DNA of 64,000 nt from Camelus ferus. Its lineage: Eukaryota. The stretch's first letter is position 1. Each line of letters begins with the position of its first letter. The stretch is from contig NC_045696.1 of NCBI RefSeq assembly GCF_009834535.1, positions 56,856,001 to 56,920,000 on the forward strand, written 5' to 3'. A program made the position numbers and the translations under genes. Below, piece after piece: positions 1-14,509 of this stretch. Under the pieces are notes generated by a model. It saw only the letters and a list, made by a program, of their open reading frames with translations, ran no database searches and was not told the origin of the DNA.

Positions 1-9
1 ATATGGCTT

Positions 10-180
10 TTTAAAATAGGGACACCTGTCATTTTGGATTAGGGGCCCACCCTACTCAAGTATGACCTCATTTTGACTAGTTATATCTATACCGATCCTA
101 TTTCCAAATAAGGTCACATTCTGAGGTACTGGGGTTAGGACTTCAACATGAATTTTGGTCAGGGGGACACAATTCACAAC
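10..180 (-). mobile_element. MLT1 (ERVL-MaLR) LTR, 5' portion
   Basis: Reverse complement reads tgaattgtgtcccc...aaattcatgttgaagtcctaaccccagtacctcagaatgtgacc, the MLT1A/B/C start. It is homologous to the copy at 33785. Confidence 0.8.
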
Positions 181-387
181 AGCTTACTAACTTTTGTCCT
201 AATTTCTAAATGCTGACCTGCTTGATTTCTGTCAGTGGCATGCACATGGTTCACTTTCGATTGCTTATTTCCCAATTCTTTGATAGGCATCTTGGATTTG
301 ATTTGAACTTCACTTGATTATACTCATAATCTTCCTCCTCTTTCCTATGAGATTCATGAGATTCATGTCTCATTATGCCTAGCCCTG

Positions 388-893
388 TGTAGTAGGCAGA
401 ATAACCCTCCCACCAAAGATATACAAATCCTCATCCCTGGAATCTGTGAATATGTTAGGTTCTGTGGCAAAGAGAAGTTGAGGTTACAGGTGGAATTTAG
501 GTTGCTAATAGGGATATGACATTATCCTGGGTTGTCAAGGTAGATCCAATGTAATCATAGGATCTTTAAAAATGGAAGAGGGATGTCAAAGAAGATGGTC
601 AGAGAAAGAGGTGTGATTAGGAAAGCAAGGACAAAGAGATGCTGTGCTGCTGCTTTGAAGATGAAGGAAGGAGGCTGTGAGCCAAAGAATGTGAGAGGCC
701 TCTAAAGTTGGAAAAGGCAAGGAAACAGATTCTCCCCTAGAGCCACAAGAAAGGAGCACAGTCCTGTTGACACCTTAATTCTGACCCAGTAAGACCCATG
801 CCAGACTTCTGAACGTCCATAAAGCCATAAAATAATAAGTTAGAATTGTTAAGGGACTAAGTCTGTGCTAATTTGTTGTGGCAGCAATAGAAA
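388..893 (+). mobile_element. MLT1D-like MaLR solo LTR
   Basis: Starts tgtagtaggcagaataa...atccctggaatctgtgaatatgtta, contains ggaaacagattctcccctagag, ends ctaatttgttgtggcagcaatagaaa. Confidence 0.8.
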
Positions 894-1059
894 AAAAAAA
901 ATCAGAAACTCCTGAACGTGTCCTATGTTTATAGACACCAGGCTTTGGGTGACTGTGAACATTCTCCTGTTTCCCTGGTCCTAGGCTTACCCCCAATTAA
1001 TACATTTTGCCAACATTTCAAACCGAATGAAAATGCAATAGATGCACATGGTGTTACGC

Positions 1060-1297
1060 ATTAGAGTTGCACGGGTGTTGGAGCCCGATTTGACTGCAAA
1101 TTCTGGTCTTGCCACTTTTTCGCTGTATTACTTTACACAAATCACTTAATCTTTCTGGGCTTCAATTACCTTTCCCTTATCTGCAAGAGGGCTCATTAGG
1201 CATACCTCTTACTATGAGGATTAGTAATAATATCCATAAACGTAACTAACCCAATGCAGTGTACATATTAGGTACTCAATAAGTGATAGTTATTATG
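1060..1297 (+). mobile_element. MIR SINE
   Basis: Degenerate MIR core (ttgccact...aaatcacttaatctttctgggcttcaatt) and tail (gtactcaataagtgatagttatta). Confidence 0.65.
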
Positions 1298-3524
1298 ATG
1301 GCATTTTAAATTCTTTAGAGCAATGTTTCATTTTTCTACCTCATATTATGTTTAATCAAGGCTCATTTTGGAGTCAGAATATAAACAGATATTAGGATCT
1401 TGAAAGGAATAATCAGTGAGGCATTGCATATTATAGTACTTAATGATGAATGGATGAATATTCAGGTAGAATCAGAAAACTGTACAAATGAATCCAATTA
1501 TTTTTTGGTGAGAGAAGATACACTGAAATAGAAGATGACACCTGTACCTTGAGTTAATTGTGAAATATGTGTTGTCCTTCAGTAGACAGAGAATAGAAAG
1601 AAATTCTCTCTGTTGAATAATAATGTAAGTAACTTGAAAGCTGTTTGGGAGATCACATGCATGAATTCTTTCTCCTTCAAAGGATTCTACATCTCATGAC
1701 CTAAATTTGCTTCATCATGTCATCACATTATCACGAAGTGAAAGCCACCAAAAGATCTTTAGAAATATGGAAATTATAAAACATCTAAAAACACTCATAA
1801 CAAAAAGTAGTTTATTTTAAAACTATTTTAAAAAAATGTCTCCTGCTTAAAAAAGAAGAAAGGGCACAAAAAGCAAAGAATGCTAAAGTGATACTAAAAC
1901 CTTGTAGTAAAACTTGAGGGTGAAGTAGTAATTTCCTTTGAGAGTTTAAAAAACCCCTCCAAAATAGCTATATTGATAATCTTAATGTACTAAGAAAAAC
2001 AGGGGCAAATCACCTAAGGCAGTATTTTCTGAGTTTAACTACAGAGCTACAAACTTGAGAATATTTTAAAACCATGGAATTTAGTAACCATTGCCTCTGA
2101 ATCAAAGAGTGCAGTTTTGTTAGGTATTTGCCAACTAAATGATGGGTAAATCAACTTAAAACATATTTGAGATTCAAAAAGTATCTTTAATTTTAAGTCC
2201 CAAAGAAAATAAATAATAGAGTTTAATGTATTAAGAAGCAGGAATAATTGTTATTAGTTAATTCTGGATGCTACAAATTTCTTAGATCTCAAAATTAAAA
2301 AAGAAATATGGAGCCAGCTCTATGATCACATTTTACAGAACTGGAAAGCAAATTGTATCACTCTTGGAGGAACAGATGGGCTTCAATGGGTAATTCCAGT
2401 TTTAGAGAGCAACTGTGATGACTGGAGTGAAGCCAGAAAAGCAGCTGGAAGGAAGAGGCTCCCCAAAAGATTGGGGGTAGCTCCTGGATGGAAGTGGAGT
2501 ACTTAGAGAAAATATATACTTTCCACCTGGGGTGAAGCCAGATGCCATGTGCAAACAGGTCGAAGGTCAAAGTATGACATCAGAACACTTGTGAAGAACA
2601 AGGAAGTGAGTGGGATTTATGAGGAGGTAGGAAGATGTGGGGTGTGTCTAGAGGAGAGAGAACTGAAGAAACAGAGTCAGGAACAGCATGACATCACTCA
2701 GGATCATTGATCAGGAGCAGAGTAGGGGACACACAAGGGGGCTTCAGAATCCAGCAAGTCTTTTACTTTCAAAGATGAACTTGTGAGCAAGGCCTCATTT
2801 CCACATTGTCAGCCAAGACCTTCTGCCCACTATTCTCAATTCTTAAAGTGGTCAGGCCTGGGCAGGTGGACAGCAGTGTGAGTCCTGGCAAGCAGCATCC
2901 TTATGATTTGATATTATAAAGACAGAATGTCTTCAGGTGGTAGTTCCTGAACACAGGCTAGGATTCTGCTAAACAAATATGTCCTGAAGTATGTTGGAAA
3001 GGCCTTTGCACAGTAAGGCTACTGGCATCTCCTGCTTTTTGTCTGACTAAGATATCTCTGACTTCAGCCAGTGACAAAATTAAACGTTCACTCCAAACCA
3101 CAATATAACCTGATTCGTGATAAAGCAGAAAATTCTTTCAACTTGAGCAATCCTGTAATTTTTAGTAGTCTGTAAAATGAGAAAAATGAGATATCAGATG
3201 CCCAGAGTCAACTGGAAACTTCCTAATATCTCAGTTATTGATTTATTTAATGATTTCAGGCAAGTGGCCTTGTATAAGAAGTAAAGTCCTCAACTGCATT
3301 TATAATTCTAAATAGAATATATTGGTGTGATATCTTGCTCTTTGAGTTGGGAACACCCTAACCTAATTCCAGGGTTGATAAATGGTTGTTACGTGAAGTA
3401 GGAGTGTTTACTCTAGCTTACCTAGATGAATAGATAAGTATACATAGATAAAATACAGAAAAACATCTGAAACATTGCAGGTTGATGCTACATGCAACCC
3501 ACATCTGATTAGAAAGCATATTAT

Positions 3525-4532
3525 TTCAATTCTGCCTCCTAAATATCTCCCAAATCAATTCACATTGTTTTCCAGGCCTTTTAGTCACATTGTCCTAGTT
3601 TAGGGTCCATCTCCTGGATTATTGAAACAGCTTTTTAATTGTCTTCCAGCCTTGTTCTCTCTCATTTCTTCCAATTCTTTTTCATACTACAGGAATTATG
3701 GTTTTTCTAAATATCTAATTGGGACTTTTCTCTTCCCTGGTTAACACCTTTAGTGGAGCCCCACATTTTGGGGGATAAAGCCCATAATTCTTAAAATGAC
3801 CTGCCTATCATTCACTTTGCCAGTTTGAATTCCATATTCCAGCCCCAGTGGACATCTTTGAGCTCCTACCTGCCATGCGCTCTCATCTCTGTGTTTTCTA
3901 TTTTATGTTCTCTTGGCCTGCAACACTCTTCATTACATCTCTCCCACTTCTCCCCTTCAACTTTCATGGCTAGTGCTGCTGGTCCTTCAGGTGTGATAGA
4001 CACTACTTGTGCTCACCAGTATCCACCTTTCCCTCTTCATCCTTGGCACATGGCTACACTACAGTCCTAGCCTCCCTCGCAGTTAGGTGTGACTATGTAA
4101 GTGTGGTAGGAGTGATATGTCATTGTCAGGCCTGATCCACAAAGGCCTACCACAAGCAAACCTTGTTCTATTTCTCTATCCACCATCTGACTGGAAAGAA
4201 TTCAGACAACTTTGAGGAGGACAGAGGCCTAAGATGAAGGTGCCTGGACTTTCATTTGACTGTAACATGAGCAAGTGTAATCACTAGTATATTAAGTTGC
4301 TAAGAAATTGGGGTTTGTGTGTTTCAGCAGCAGGTATTACTTTCCTTAGCAACACAAGGTTTTAAATTTCCCTAGGAAGCCTTCTTTAACTGACAATATC
4401 TGTCCTCACTACTCTACTGCAAGCTCAGTAAGAGTAAGGGCAGGCCCATTATTTTATTCACTATTATAGCTTCAGTTCTTATTACAATATTTGTATACAA
4501 TGCATGAACAACCAAAAATATCTGTTGAATGT
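3525..4532 (+). mobile_element. L2 3' fragments interrupted by an old MLT1-type LTR (~4000-4355)
   Basis: L2-like ttctgcctcctaaatatctc and terminal aaatatctgttgaatg. Internal cctagcctccctcgcagttaggtgtgact...gttgctaagaaattggggtttg resembles an old MLT1. Confidence 0.5.
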
Positions 4533-5304
4533 TTAAGTAATTGGGTTTATATTGAAGCTTAGAAAATTCACATTTGAGTTTTCAGAGGTTAAACATGTAG
4601 AATTAAATTTGGAAAAGTTCATTTAATTCCTTTATAGCACAGAGAGGAAACTATGAAAAACTGGGAAATTCTCACATACGTGCAAACAAACAAAAGACCA
4701 AATCAGCATGTTGGAAACAAGAACTTTAATACAAAGTGCCTCACTTTGCCACTGTAACTGGTCTGCTTTTTTATTTTACTTAGAAGAGAAAACGATGATA
4801 AGGATATCTGTCACCTGGAGCATCAAGAAGCTTTTGAAAAGCTGAAACAGGCTCTGATTTTTCTTATCAGTTTTTAGAGCTCCGGGCATTTCAAACCTGT
4901 TCAAAGTGGCAGTTGACAAGTCCGATAATGGTTGGAGCACTTTGTTACAAGACCACAAGGTGACAGTCATCTACTTATGAGAAAAATGTTTCCCAGAGAA
5001 ATAAACTTGTGTTTTCTATAGCATTAATATAAAGCAATTTGTACTTGAACAAACCAAACCTCTATCTTTGTCCAAGATTTGTTTATGTGTGTTAAGTGAT
5101 CATTAGGCTGTCACTTAATTAGGGTATGCTGAGCCTAAGAGTGGTATATAGAAATGATTCTGGAATGGCAGTGTGAATGAATTTTTTGAGAGGGAGAGAG
5201 AGAGAGAAAGATTGCACACTAGTGAATAGAAAGCCTAAGATTTTCACATTCATGGATCTCCTTCAAGTAATAGATGTTATTAATGGCAGCTGAGAGTAAG
5301 GGAG

Positions 5305-5911
5305 GGGAGTGTGGCCAAGACGGTAGAACAAGAAGATCCTGACTTCACCTTCTCCCAGTAGCACACCAAAATTTCAACTATTTATAGAACAACCATCTAT
5401 GAGAATGACCTGAAGACTAGCAGAAAATTTTTTCACAATTAAAGATACAAGGAAGGAACCACAATAAGATGGGTAGGAGGGTGGTATAGTAAAAACCACA
5501 CCTCTAGGCAGATGACTCATGAATGGGAGGATAATCACAAGCAGAGGTTCTTCCCAAGAAGTGAATGTTCTGAGCCCCTCATCTTGTTCCCCAGCCCAGG
5601 GGTCTTGCATTGAGAAGACAAGCTCCAGAACATCTGGCTTTGAAGGACAGTGGGGCTTGTGCACGGGAGGACAAAAAAGCTGTTTGAAACAGATGCTTCA
5701 CTCTTAAAGGGTGTACACAAATCTCACATGCTCTGAATACCAGCACAGAGGTAGTAAACTGAAAGGAGACTGGATCAGACCTACTTGCTGATTTTGAAGA
5801 GCCTCCTGGAGAGGCAAAAGGCAACTGAGATCCACGTGGGGACATAGATGTTGGTAGCAGCCATTTTAGGGAGCTCATTTTACCAGGACACTGGTGTTGA
5901 CAAGCACCATT
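5305..5911 (+). mobile_element. L1 5' UTR (first part of the outer, interrupted L1)
   Basis: ccaagacggtagaacaagaagatcctgacttcacc is a typical L1 5' terminus. The sequence resumes at 9418 after a duplicated target site. Confidence 0.75.
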
Positions 5912-8900
5912 AAAAAAAAAGACTTTTAATTCATTAATTTATTTACATAATTAATTATTAAAATAGTTAATTTACAATATTATATTAGTCTCAGGTACAC
6001 AATATAGTGATTCAATATTTTTATAGATTATACTCCACTTAGATTTATAAAATATTATTTATATTCCCTGTGCTGTACAAAACACTTGTGTCTTATTTAT
6101 TTTATACATAGTAGTTTGAACCTCTTAAACCCGTACTCCTATCCTGCCCCTCTCCCTTTCCTCTTCCCACTGGTAACCACCAGTTTTTTCTCTTTATCTG
6201 TGAATCTGTTTTGTTATATTAATTTGTTTGTTTTATTTTTTAGATTTGACAACTTATAGTATTTATCTTTCTCTGTCTCACTTACTTAACTAAGTATAAT
6301 ACCCTCCAAGTCCATCATGTTGTTACAAATGGCAAAATTTCATTCATTTTTATGGCTGAGTAGTATTTCAATGTACATGTATACCAAATCTTCTTTATCC
6401 ATTCATCTGTTGATGGACATTTGGGTTGCTTCCATATCCTGGCTATTGGGGTGCACATAACTTTTCAAATTAGTGTCTTCATTTTCTTTAGATATATACC
6501 CAGGAGTGGAATTGCTGGAACATATGGTGGTTCTATTTTCAGTTTTTTGAGGCACCACCATAGTGTTTTCCATAAGGGCTGCACTAGTTTACATTCCCAA
6601 CAGTGCACTAGGGTTCACTTTTCTTCACATCTTTATAACTTCTGTTATTTGTGATCTTTTCAATGGTAGCCATTCTGATAGGTGTGAGGTGATATCACAT
6701 TTTTGTTTTGATTTGTATTTCACTGATGATTAGGAATGTTGAGCATCTTTTCATATGCCTGTTGGCCATCTGTATGTCTTCTTTGGAGAAATGTCTTTCA
6801 GGTCTTCTGCCTCTTTTAGAATCAGGTTGTTTATTTTTTTGATATTGAATTGTAAGATCAATTTATATATTTTGAATATTAACCCCTTGTCATATAATTT
6901 CCAGATATTTTCTCCTATCTAGTAGTTTGTCTTTCTGTTTTATTGATGGCTTCCTTTGCTGTGCAAAAACTTTTAACTTTAATAGTTACCATTTGTTTAT
7001 TTTTGCTTTTGATTCCTTTGCCTTGAGAGAGAGATCCAAAAAAATATACATTGCTACAATTTATGTCCAAAAATGTTTTACCTATGTTGTCTTCTAGGAG
7101 TTTTATGGTTTCAGGACTTATATATAGGTCTTTAATCTATTTTGAATTTATTTTTGAATATGATGTGAGAAAATGTTCTAATTTCATTCTTTTCTATATA
7201 GGTGTTTAGTTTTCCCAGCACTGTTTATTGAAGAGACTGTCTTTTCCAATTGTTTATTTTTGCCTTCTTTGCCATAGATGAATTGACCATATGTGTGTGG
7301 ATTTATTTGGGGCTCTCTATTCTGTTCCATTGAGCTATGCATCTGTTTTTGTGCCAGTACCATACTGTTTTGATTACTGTAGCTTTGTAATATAGTCCAA
7401 AGTCAAGGAGCATGATACCATCTTTGTTCTTTTTTTTCAGGATTGCTTTGGCTATCTGGGGTCCTTCATAGTCCCATATAAATTTTAGACTTATTCATTC
7501 TAGTTCTGTGAAAAATGTCATCATCGGTAATTTAATAGAGACTAAATTTAATCTGTAGATTGCCTTGAGTCATATGGACATATTAACAATACTAATTCTC
7601 CCAATTCATGAACACAGGATATTTTTCCATTTCTTGGTATCATCTTCAAGTTTCTTCATCAGTGTTTCATGGTTTTCAGAGTATAGGTCTTTCACCTCCT
7701 TGGTTAAATTTATTCTTAGGCATTATATTCTTTCTGTTTCGATTTTAAATGGGATTGTATTTTTGCTTTCTGTTTCTGATAGTTTATGATTAGTATATAG
7801 AAAAGCAACAGATTTCTGTATTTTAATCTTATATCCTACAAGGCTATTGAAGTCATTTATTAGTTCTAATAATTTTTTGATGGAGACTTTAAGGTTTTCT
7901 ATATATAGTATCATGTCATGTGCAAACAGTGAGAGTTTTACTTCTTTCTTTCCAATTTGAATTCCTTTAATTCCTTATTTGTCTGATTGTTATGCATAGG
8001 ACTTTCAATACTCTGTTGAATAAAATTGATAAAAGTGGACATCTTTGTCTCGTTCCTGATATTAGAGAAAAAATTTTCAGCTTTCACCATTGAATATGAT
8101 ATGTTAACAGTGTGTTTGTCATAAATTGACGTTATTATATTGAGATATGTTCCCTCTATACCAACTTTGATGAGAGTTTTTATCTTGAATGAACATTGAA
8201 TTTTGTCAAATGCTTTTTCTGCATCTGTTCAGATGATTATTGATTTTTAATCTTTTTTTTAAACTGGTGTATCACATGATTGATTTGTGGATATTGAACC
8301 ATTCTTTCATCCCTGGAATAAACCTTACTTGATCATGGTGTATAATCCTTTTTATATATTGTTGAATATGGTTTGCTAATATTTTGTTGAGGATTTTTGC
8401 ATCTATATTTATCAGAGATATTGACCTATAATTTTCTGTACTGTCTTTGTCTAGTTTTGATATCAAGGTTAATTGTGGCCTCCTAAAATGAATTTGGGAG
8501 CATACTTCCTCTGCAGTTTTTCAGAATAGTTTGAAGAAGTGGGTGTTAGCTCTTCTTATACATTTGTTAGAATCCCCATGTAAAGTTTTTCAGTCTTAGA
8601 AATTTTGTTTGTTGGAAGTTTTTTGATTACTGAGTCAATTTCACTAATAGTGATCAGTCTGTTCAGACTATCTATTCTTTCTGATTCATTCCTGGAAGAG
8701 TGTATGTTTCTAGGAAGTTATTCATTTCTTCTATGTTGTCCAGTTTGTTAGTATATATCTGTTCAATGTGTTTTCTTATGCTTTTCTTGTGTCACTGTGA
8801 TATCTGTTGTAATTTCTCTTCTTTCACTTATTATTTTGCTTATTTGGGTCTTCTCTCTTTTTTCCTTGTTGAGTCTGGCTAAAGGCTTATTATTTTTGTT

Positions 8901-9417
8901 TATCTCTTCAAAAAAAAAAAAACAGCTCTTGGTTTCATTAATCTTTTCAATTTTTTGTTATCTATTTTATTTATTTCCTCTCTGGTCTTCATTATTTTTG
9001 CCTGCTAATTTGGGTTTTGTTCTTCTTTTTCTAATTCCTTTAGATGATAAGTGAGGTTGTTTATTCACAGTTTTTCTTGTATCTTGATTTAGGCATGTAT
9101 TGCTATAAATTTCTCAACTAGCAGTGCTTTTGTTGCATTTTACAGATTTTTGGAGGTTGTGTTTCCATTTTCACTTGTTTCAAGGTATTTTCTGATTTCC
9201 TCTTTGATTTACTTATTGACCCATTGGTTTTTAGTAGCATGTTGTTTAGACTTCATGTGTTTGGGTTTTTCCCATTTTTCTTTCTGTAATTGATTTCTAG
9301 TGTTATACCATTGTGGTTAGAAAAAAATGCTTGATATAATTTATATCCTCTTAAATTTGTTACAACTTGTTTTGTGGCCTAGCATGTGGTCTATCCTGGA
9401 GAAACTTCTATGCACAC
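5912..9417 (-). mobile_element. 5'-truncated L1 (ORF2 + 3' UTR) nested in the 5' UTR of another L1
   Basis: Minus-strand ORF2 peptides ([21 protein letters not shown] at 8272-8466; MILYIENLK...[16 protein letters not shown] at 7723-7914). 3' UTR near 5950-6400. TSD TTG(A/G)CAAGCACCATT at 5897-5911 and 9418-9432. Confidence 0.92.
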
Positions 9418-12400
9418 TTGGCAAGCACCATTTTGGAATCCTTCCTTTAATCTATTAGCATTGGGGGATTACCCACCCACCAGCAAGCTTGCGCCAGCTT
9501 CAGGATCTCCTGGGCCACAAAGTCAGTTGCGCCAGCACCTAACCCCTCCCAACTGAGAGCCAACATCAGCTCCAGGACCCCCAGACTGCACAGCCAGACA
9601 TGCCAGGACATAGCTCTACCTACTAGTGGACCAGCAGCCACCACATGAAGCAGGGCCCAGTAGCCAATCAGTCCAGGGCCTCATCCTGCATACCAGTGTG
9701 CCCACAGTAGTTGACCTTATCACAACAGAAGTGTCCAGGCAGCCCACATACTAGGCACTCTCAGAGCATATAGTTCTGGTGACCACAGCAGGGTTTGCTG
9801 CTGGGGCCTAAGGATGTCTCTTACATAAGACCACTTCTCTATGACTTTAAAATGTAACTGACCTGCCTAATACATAGAAATAAACACAGAAAATTAGACA
9901 AAATGAGGAAACAGAGAAATATCTTCTTAATGAGGGAACAGGATAAAACCTTAGAAAAAGAACTAACAAAGTAGAGATACACAATCTCCCTGATAAAGCT
10001 CAAGGTAATGATCATAATGATGCTTGATAAATTCAGAATAAGAATGAATGAACACTTAGAATTTTGACAAAGATAAAATGTAAAGAAGACCTAATCAGAA
10101 CTGAAGAATAAAATAACTGAAGTATAAGGATACTAGAAGGAATCTTCAGTAGATTAAATGATATATGTAGTTATATATAGTTATATATGGTAACCACAAA
10201 CCAAAACCTATAATAGATACACACAAAAAAGAGAAAAGAATCCAAACATAACATTTAAGTTTGTCATCAAATCACCAAAGAATAGTGCAAAAGGAGAAAA
10301 GATCAAAAAGAACTTTAAAATACCAGAAAAAAAATGAACAAAATGGTAATAGGTACAAAATGGTAATAATGTACATACCAAGTACATTAATTTAAATGTA
10401 AATAGAGTAAATGCTCCAATAAAAAGACATAGAGTGCTGAATGGATTAAAAAAAAAAGAACCATATATATACTTCCTACAAGAGACTCACTTCAGATTTA
10501 AAGATATACATAGACTGAAAGTGAGGGGATTGAAAAGGTATTCCATACAAATGAAAACAAACAAATAAAAAACTGGAGTAGCAATAATGAAGAAATCAAA
10601 GAGGAAATTTAAAAATACCTATAGACAAATGAAAATGGAAACACAGTAATCGAAAATCTATGGCACACAGCAAAAGCAGTTTTAAGAGTGAAGTTTATAA
10701 TGACACAAGCCTACCTCAGAAAACAGGAAAAATATCAAATAAACAATATAAAGAAACTAGAAAAAGGACAACCCAAAGTGAGTAGAAGGAAAGAAAGAAT
10801 GAAGATCAGAGAAGAAATAAATGAAATAGAGACTAAGAATAACCATAGAAAAGATTGATGAAACTAAGACCTGGTTCTTTGAAAAGATAAACAAAATTGG
10901 TAAATATTTAGCCAAACTCATCAAGAAAAATATTAGAGAGCCCAAATAAATAAAATCAGTAGCAAAAAAGGAGAAATTACAGTTGTCACCGCAGAAATAC
11001 GAAGGATTATAAAAGATTACTACAAAAATTATATGCCAATAAAATGAACCTAGACGAAATGGATAAATTCCTGGAAACATAAAAGAAATGGCTAAACTCC
11101 TCCAAACTGAAAGAACCAGAAAATATGAAAAGACTACCAGTAATGAAATTGAATCGATAATTTAAAAAAAAACCCCAACAGACAAAAGTCCAGGATCAGA
11201 TGACTTCATAAGTAAATTCTACCAAACATTTAATGAAGAGTTAACACCTATTTTCTTAAAGTATTCTGAAAAATTACAGTTGGAGGAATGCTTCCAAATT
11301 CATTCTCTGAGGCCAGAATTACCCTGACACCAAAATCAAAGAAACCACAAAAAAATAAAATTACAGATCATCCCTGATGGACATAGATGCAAAAACCCTC
11401 AATAAAATATTAGTAAACTGAATTCAACAATATATAAAAAGGATCATATATCATGATCAAATGGGATTTATCCCATGGATGAATGGATGGTTCAATATCT
11501 GCAAACAAATCAATGTAATACACCATGTTAACAAAAAGAAGGGGGAAAAATCATGTGATTATCTCAATAGATGCAGAAAAATCTTTTGACAAAATTCAAC
11601 ATCCTTTTTTGGTAAAAACTCTCAACCAAGTGGTAGAGGGAACATACTTCAATATAATAAGGTCATTTATGACAAATCTATAGCTAACATCACATTCAAT
11701 GGTGAGAAGCTAAAAGCATTTCCTCTAAGATCAGCAAGAGGACATGGATGCCCACTCTCACCACTTTTATTCAATATAGTATTGGGAGTCCTATCCAAGC
11801 AATCAGACAAGAAAAAGAAATAAAAGGAATTCAAATTGGAAAGGAAGAAGTAAAAATGTCAATATATGCAAATGAGGTGCTACTATATATAGAAAACCCT
11901 AAAGTCTCCACCAAAAAAAACTATTAGAACTAATAAATAAATTCATTAAAGTTTCAGTATATGAAAGTAATATACAGAAATCTGCATTTCTATACACTCA
12001 TAACAAACTGTCAGAAGAGAAATTAAGAAAACAATCCCATTTACAATAGCCTCAAAAAGAATAAAATACCTAGGAACAGATCTAACCAATGAGGTGAAAG
12101 ACTTGTATTTGGGAAACTAAAAGACATTGATGAAAGAAACTGAAGACAACACAAATAAATGTGAAGATATACCATGCTTATGGATTGGAAGAATTAATAT
12201 TGTTAACATGTCTATACTACCCAAGTGTATCTATAGATTCAGTGCAATTTCTATCAAAATACCAATGGCATTTTTCAGAGAACTAGAACAAAGAATTACA
12301 AAGTTTGTTTAGAAACTCAAAGTACCTTGAAGAGCCAAAACATTCTTGAGAATAAACAACAAAGCTGAAGGTATCATGCTCCCTGATTTCAAACTATACT

Positions 12401-13730
12401 CCATATTTACAGTAATCAAAACAGTATGGTACTGGCACAAACCAGTGTGGTAATTGCTCAATGAAAGAAAATAAAGAGCCAAGAAATCCACACTTATATA
12501 GTTAATTAATCTGTAATGAAGAAGGCAAGGATATACAATGGGGGAAAAGACAGCCTCTCCAAAAAACGGTATTGGGAAAACTGGACAGCTACATGCAGAA
12601 GTCTCAAACTGGACTACTTTCTCACACCATATACAAAAATAAACTCAAAATGGATTAAATACTTAAATGTAAGACCAGAAACCATAAAACTTCTAGAAGA
12701 AAACATAGAAAGTACACTCTTTGAAACTGGTCTTAGCAATAGTTTTTTCACAAATGTCTCCTCAGGCAAGGGCAAGAAAAGCAGGGAATTTGAATAGACA
12801 TTTTTCTAAAGAAGACATGCAAAGAGCCAACAGGTACATGAAAAGATGTTCAACCTCACTAATCATCAAGAAAATGCAAATCAGAACCACAATGAGATAT
12901 TACCTCAAACCTTTTAGAATAAGTATCATCAAGAAGAGAAGAGACAACAATTGTTGGCAAAGATGTGGAGAAAAGGAAATGTTATGCACTATTGGTGGGA
13001 ATGTAAATTGGACAACAATATGGAGGCTTCTCAAAAGATTAAAAGTAGAACTACCATGTAATTCAGCAATGCCACTATTGGGTATTGGGTATTTCTGAAG
13101 AAATTATAATCACTGTCTTAAAGAGATATCTGCACCCTCATGTTCATTGCAGGATTATTTACAATAGCCAAGGTATAGAAGCAACCTAAGTGTACATTGA
13201 TGGATCTATAGATAAAGAAGTTGTAGCATATCAATATGACAGAATATTATTCAGCCACGAGAAAGAAGGAAATCTTGCCATTTGTGACAACATGGAAGCA
13301 CCTTAAGAGTATTATGCTAAGTGAAATGTCAGAGAAAGACAAATATTGTACATTTCACTTATATGTGGAACCTAAAAATGCCGAACTCATAGAAATGGAA
13401 AGTAGAATGATGTTTGTCATGGGCTGGGGGTTAGGGGAGATGTTAGTCAAAGGGTACAAACTTCCAGCTATGAGATAAGTAAGTTCTAAGGATATAATGT
13501 ATGGCATTGTGGCTGTAATTTACAACACTATATTATATACTTTAAAGTTGTTAAAAGAGTAGGTATTAAATGATCTCACCACACATAAAAACAATTGTAA
13601 TAATGTGAGAGGATAGATGTTTTAACTAACCTTATCGTGGTAAGCATTTCAAAACGTATTTGTGTAGCAAATCATCATGTTGTGCACTTTAAACATATTA
13701 CATGGCAATAATATCTCAAAAACTGGAAAA
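9418..13730 (+). mobile_element. Outer L1 (L1MA9-like 3' end): rest of 5' UTR, partial ORF1, degraded ORF2, 3' UTR
   Basis: ORF2 peptides in the track ([56 protein letters not shown]). Apparent internal deletions near 10165, 10587 and 12782. 3' UTR gggtacaaacttccagctatgagataagtaagttct...; many stops and frameshifts. Confidence 0.92.
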
Positions 13731-13829
13731 CACACACACTCCCTCTCCCTCAGGGAGAAGGAGCAGGTATGTACCTCCTAGTGATGCTTCTCATCATACC
13801 ACCAGCATCTTAATGAGGATTCACTGAGG

Positions 13830-14090
13830 ACCCCTGCTAGTCAGGAACGTGGCAAGGTTGCCCACTGTCACCACTACTAGTTAACATTTCACTGGAGTTA
13901 CTACTCATTTCAAATGTATGTGAGAAAAACATCTAGGGGTATAAAATCAGGAAAGAAAAAGTAAAATTATGACTATTTACAGATGATATCATTGTATGAT
14001 TGGAAAACCCATGAGGATCAAATGACCAAAAAAAAAAAAAAACTACAGATAATATAAGTATGTTGCTGGCATATAAAATTAAAAGATAAA
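13830..14090 (+). mobile_element. Ancient L1 ORF2 (RT) fragment
   Basis: caaggttgcccactgtcacca (QGCPLSP) and tttacagatgatatcattgta (degenerate FADD motif). Confidence 0.7.
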
Positions 14091-14509
14091 AATAAATAAT
14101 TTATTTTAAAAAACCCAAGTCTTATAGTTACAGGAACATAGGTACCATATTAGCTGGGACATAGGTAACACTAGAATGCTGAGATGTTATTCTCATATAT
14201 AAGATTTTTTAAATTACCCATGATTAAGAACAAGATTGGTCATCAGCTCTGGGGCATGGCCAAACTTTTGGTCCAAACAAGTAGGTGAACTGAAATTGTG
14301 GGATTAGGGAAGGTAAGTCACTGGTAGATAACTGTGTAGAAAAGAGTTTGATTAAGTCATGATCATAGATGTCTATTAACCTATCATGAGGATTAGAGAT
14401 GTTTGATTAATTCTTTATTTTTTGAGAGTTGGAATCTCAGAATCCCCTCATCAAATATCTCTCAGTATTAGAAATTGGGCAAACTCAACCACTGAGTTGA
14501 CCCAGAGCA

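Noticed and set aside
12127..13478. L1 ORF2-derived ORFs as functional genes
   Set aside because: Fragmented by stops, frameshifts and deletions; retrotransposon relic.
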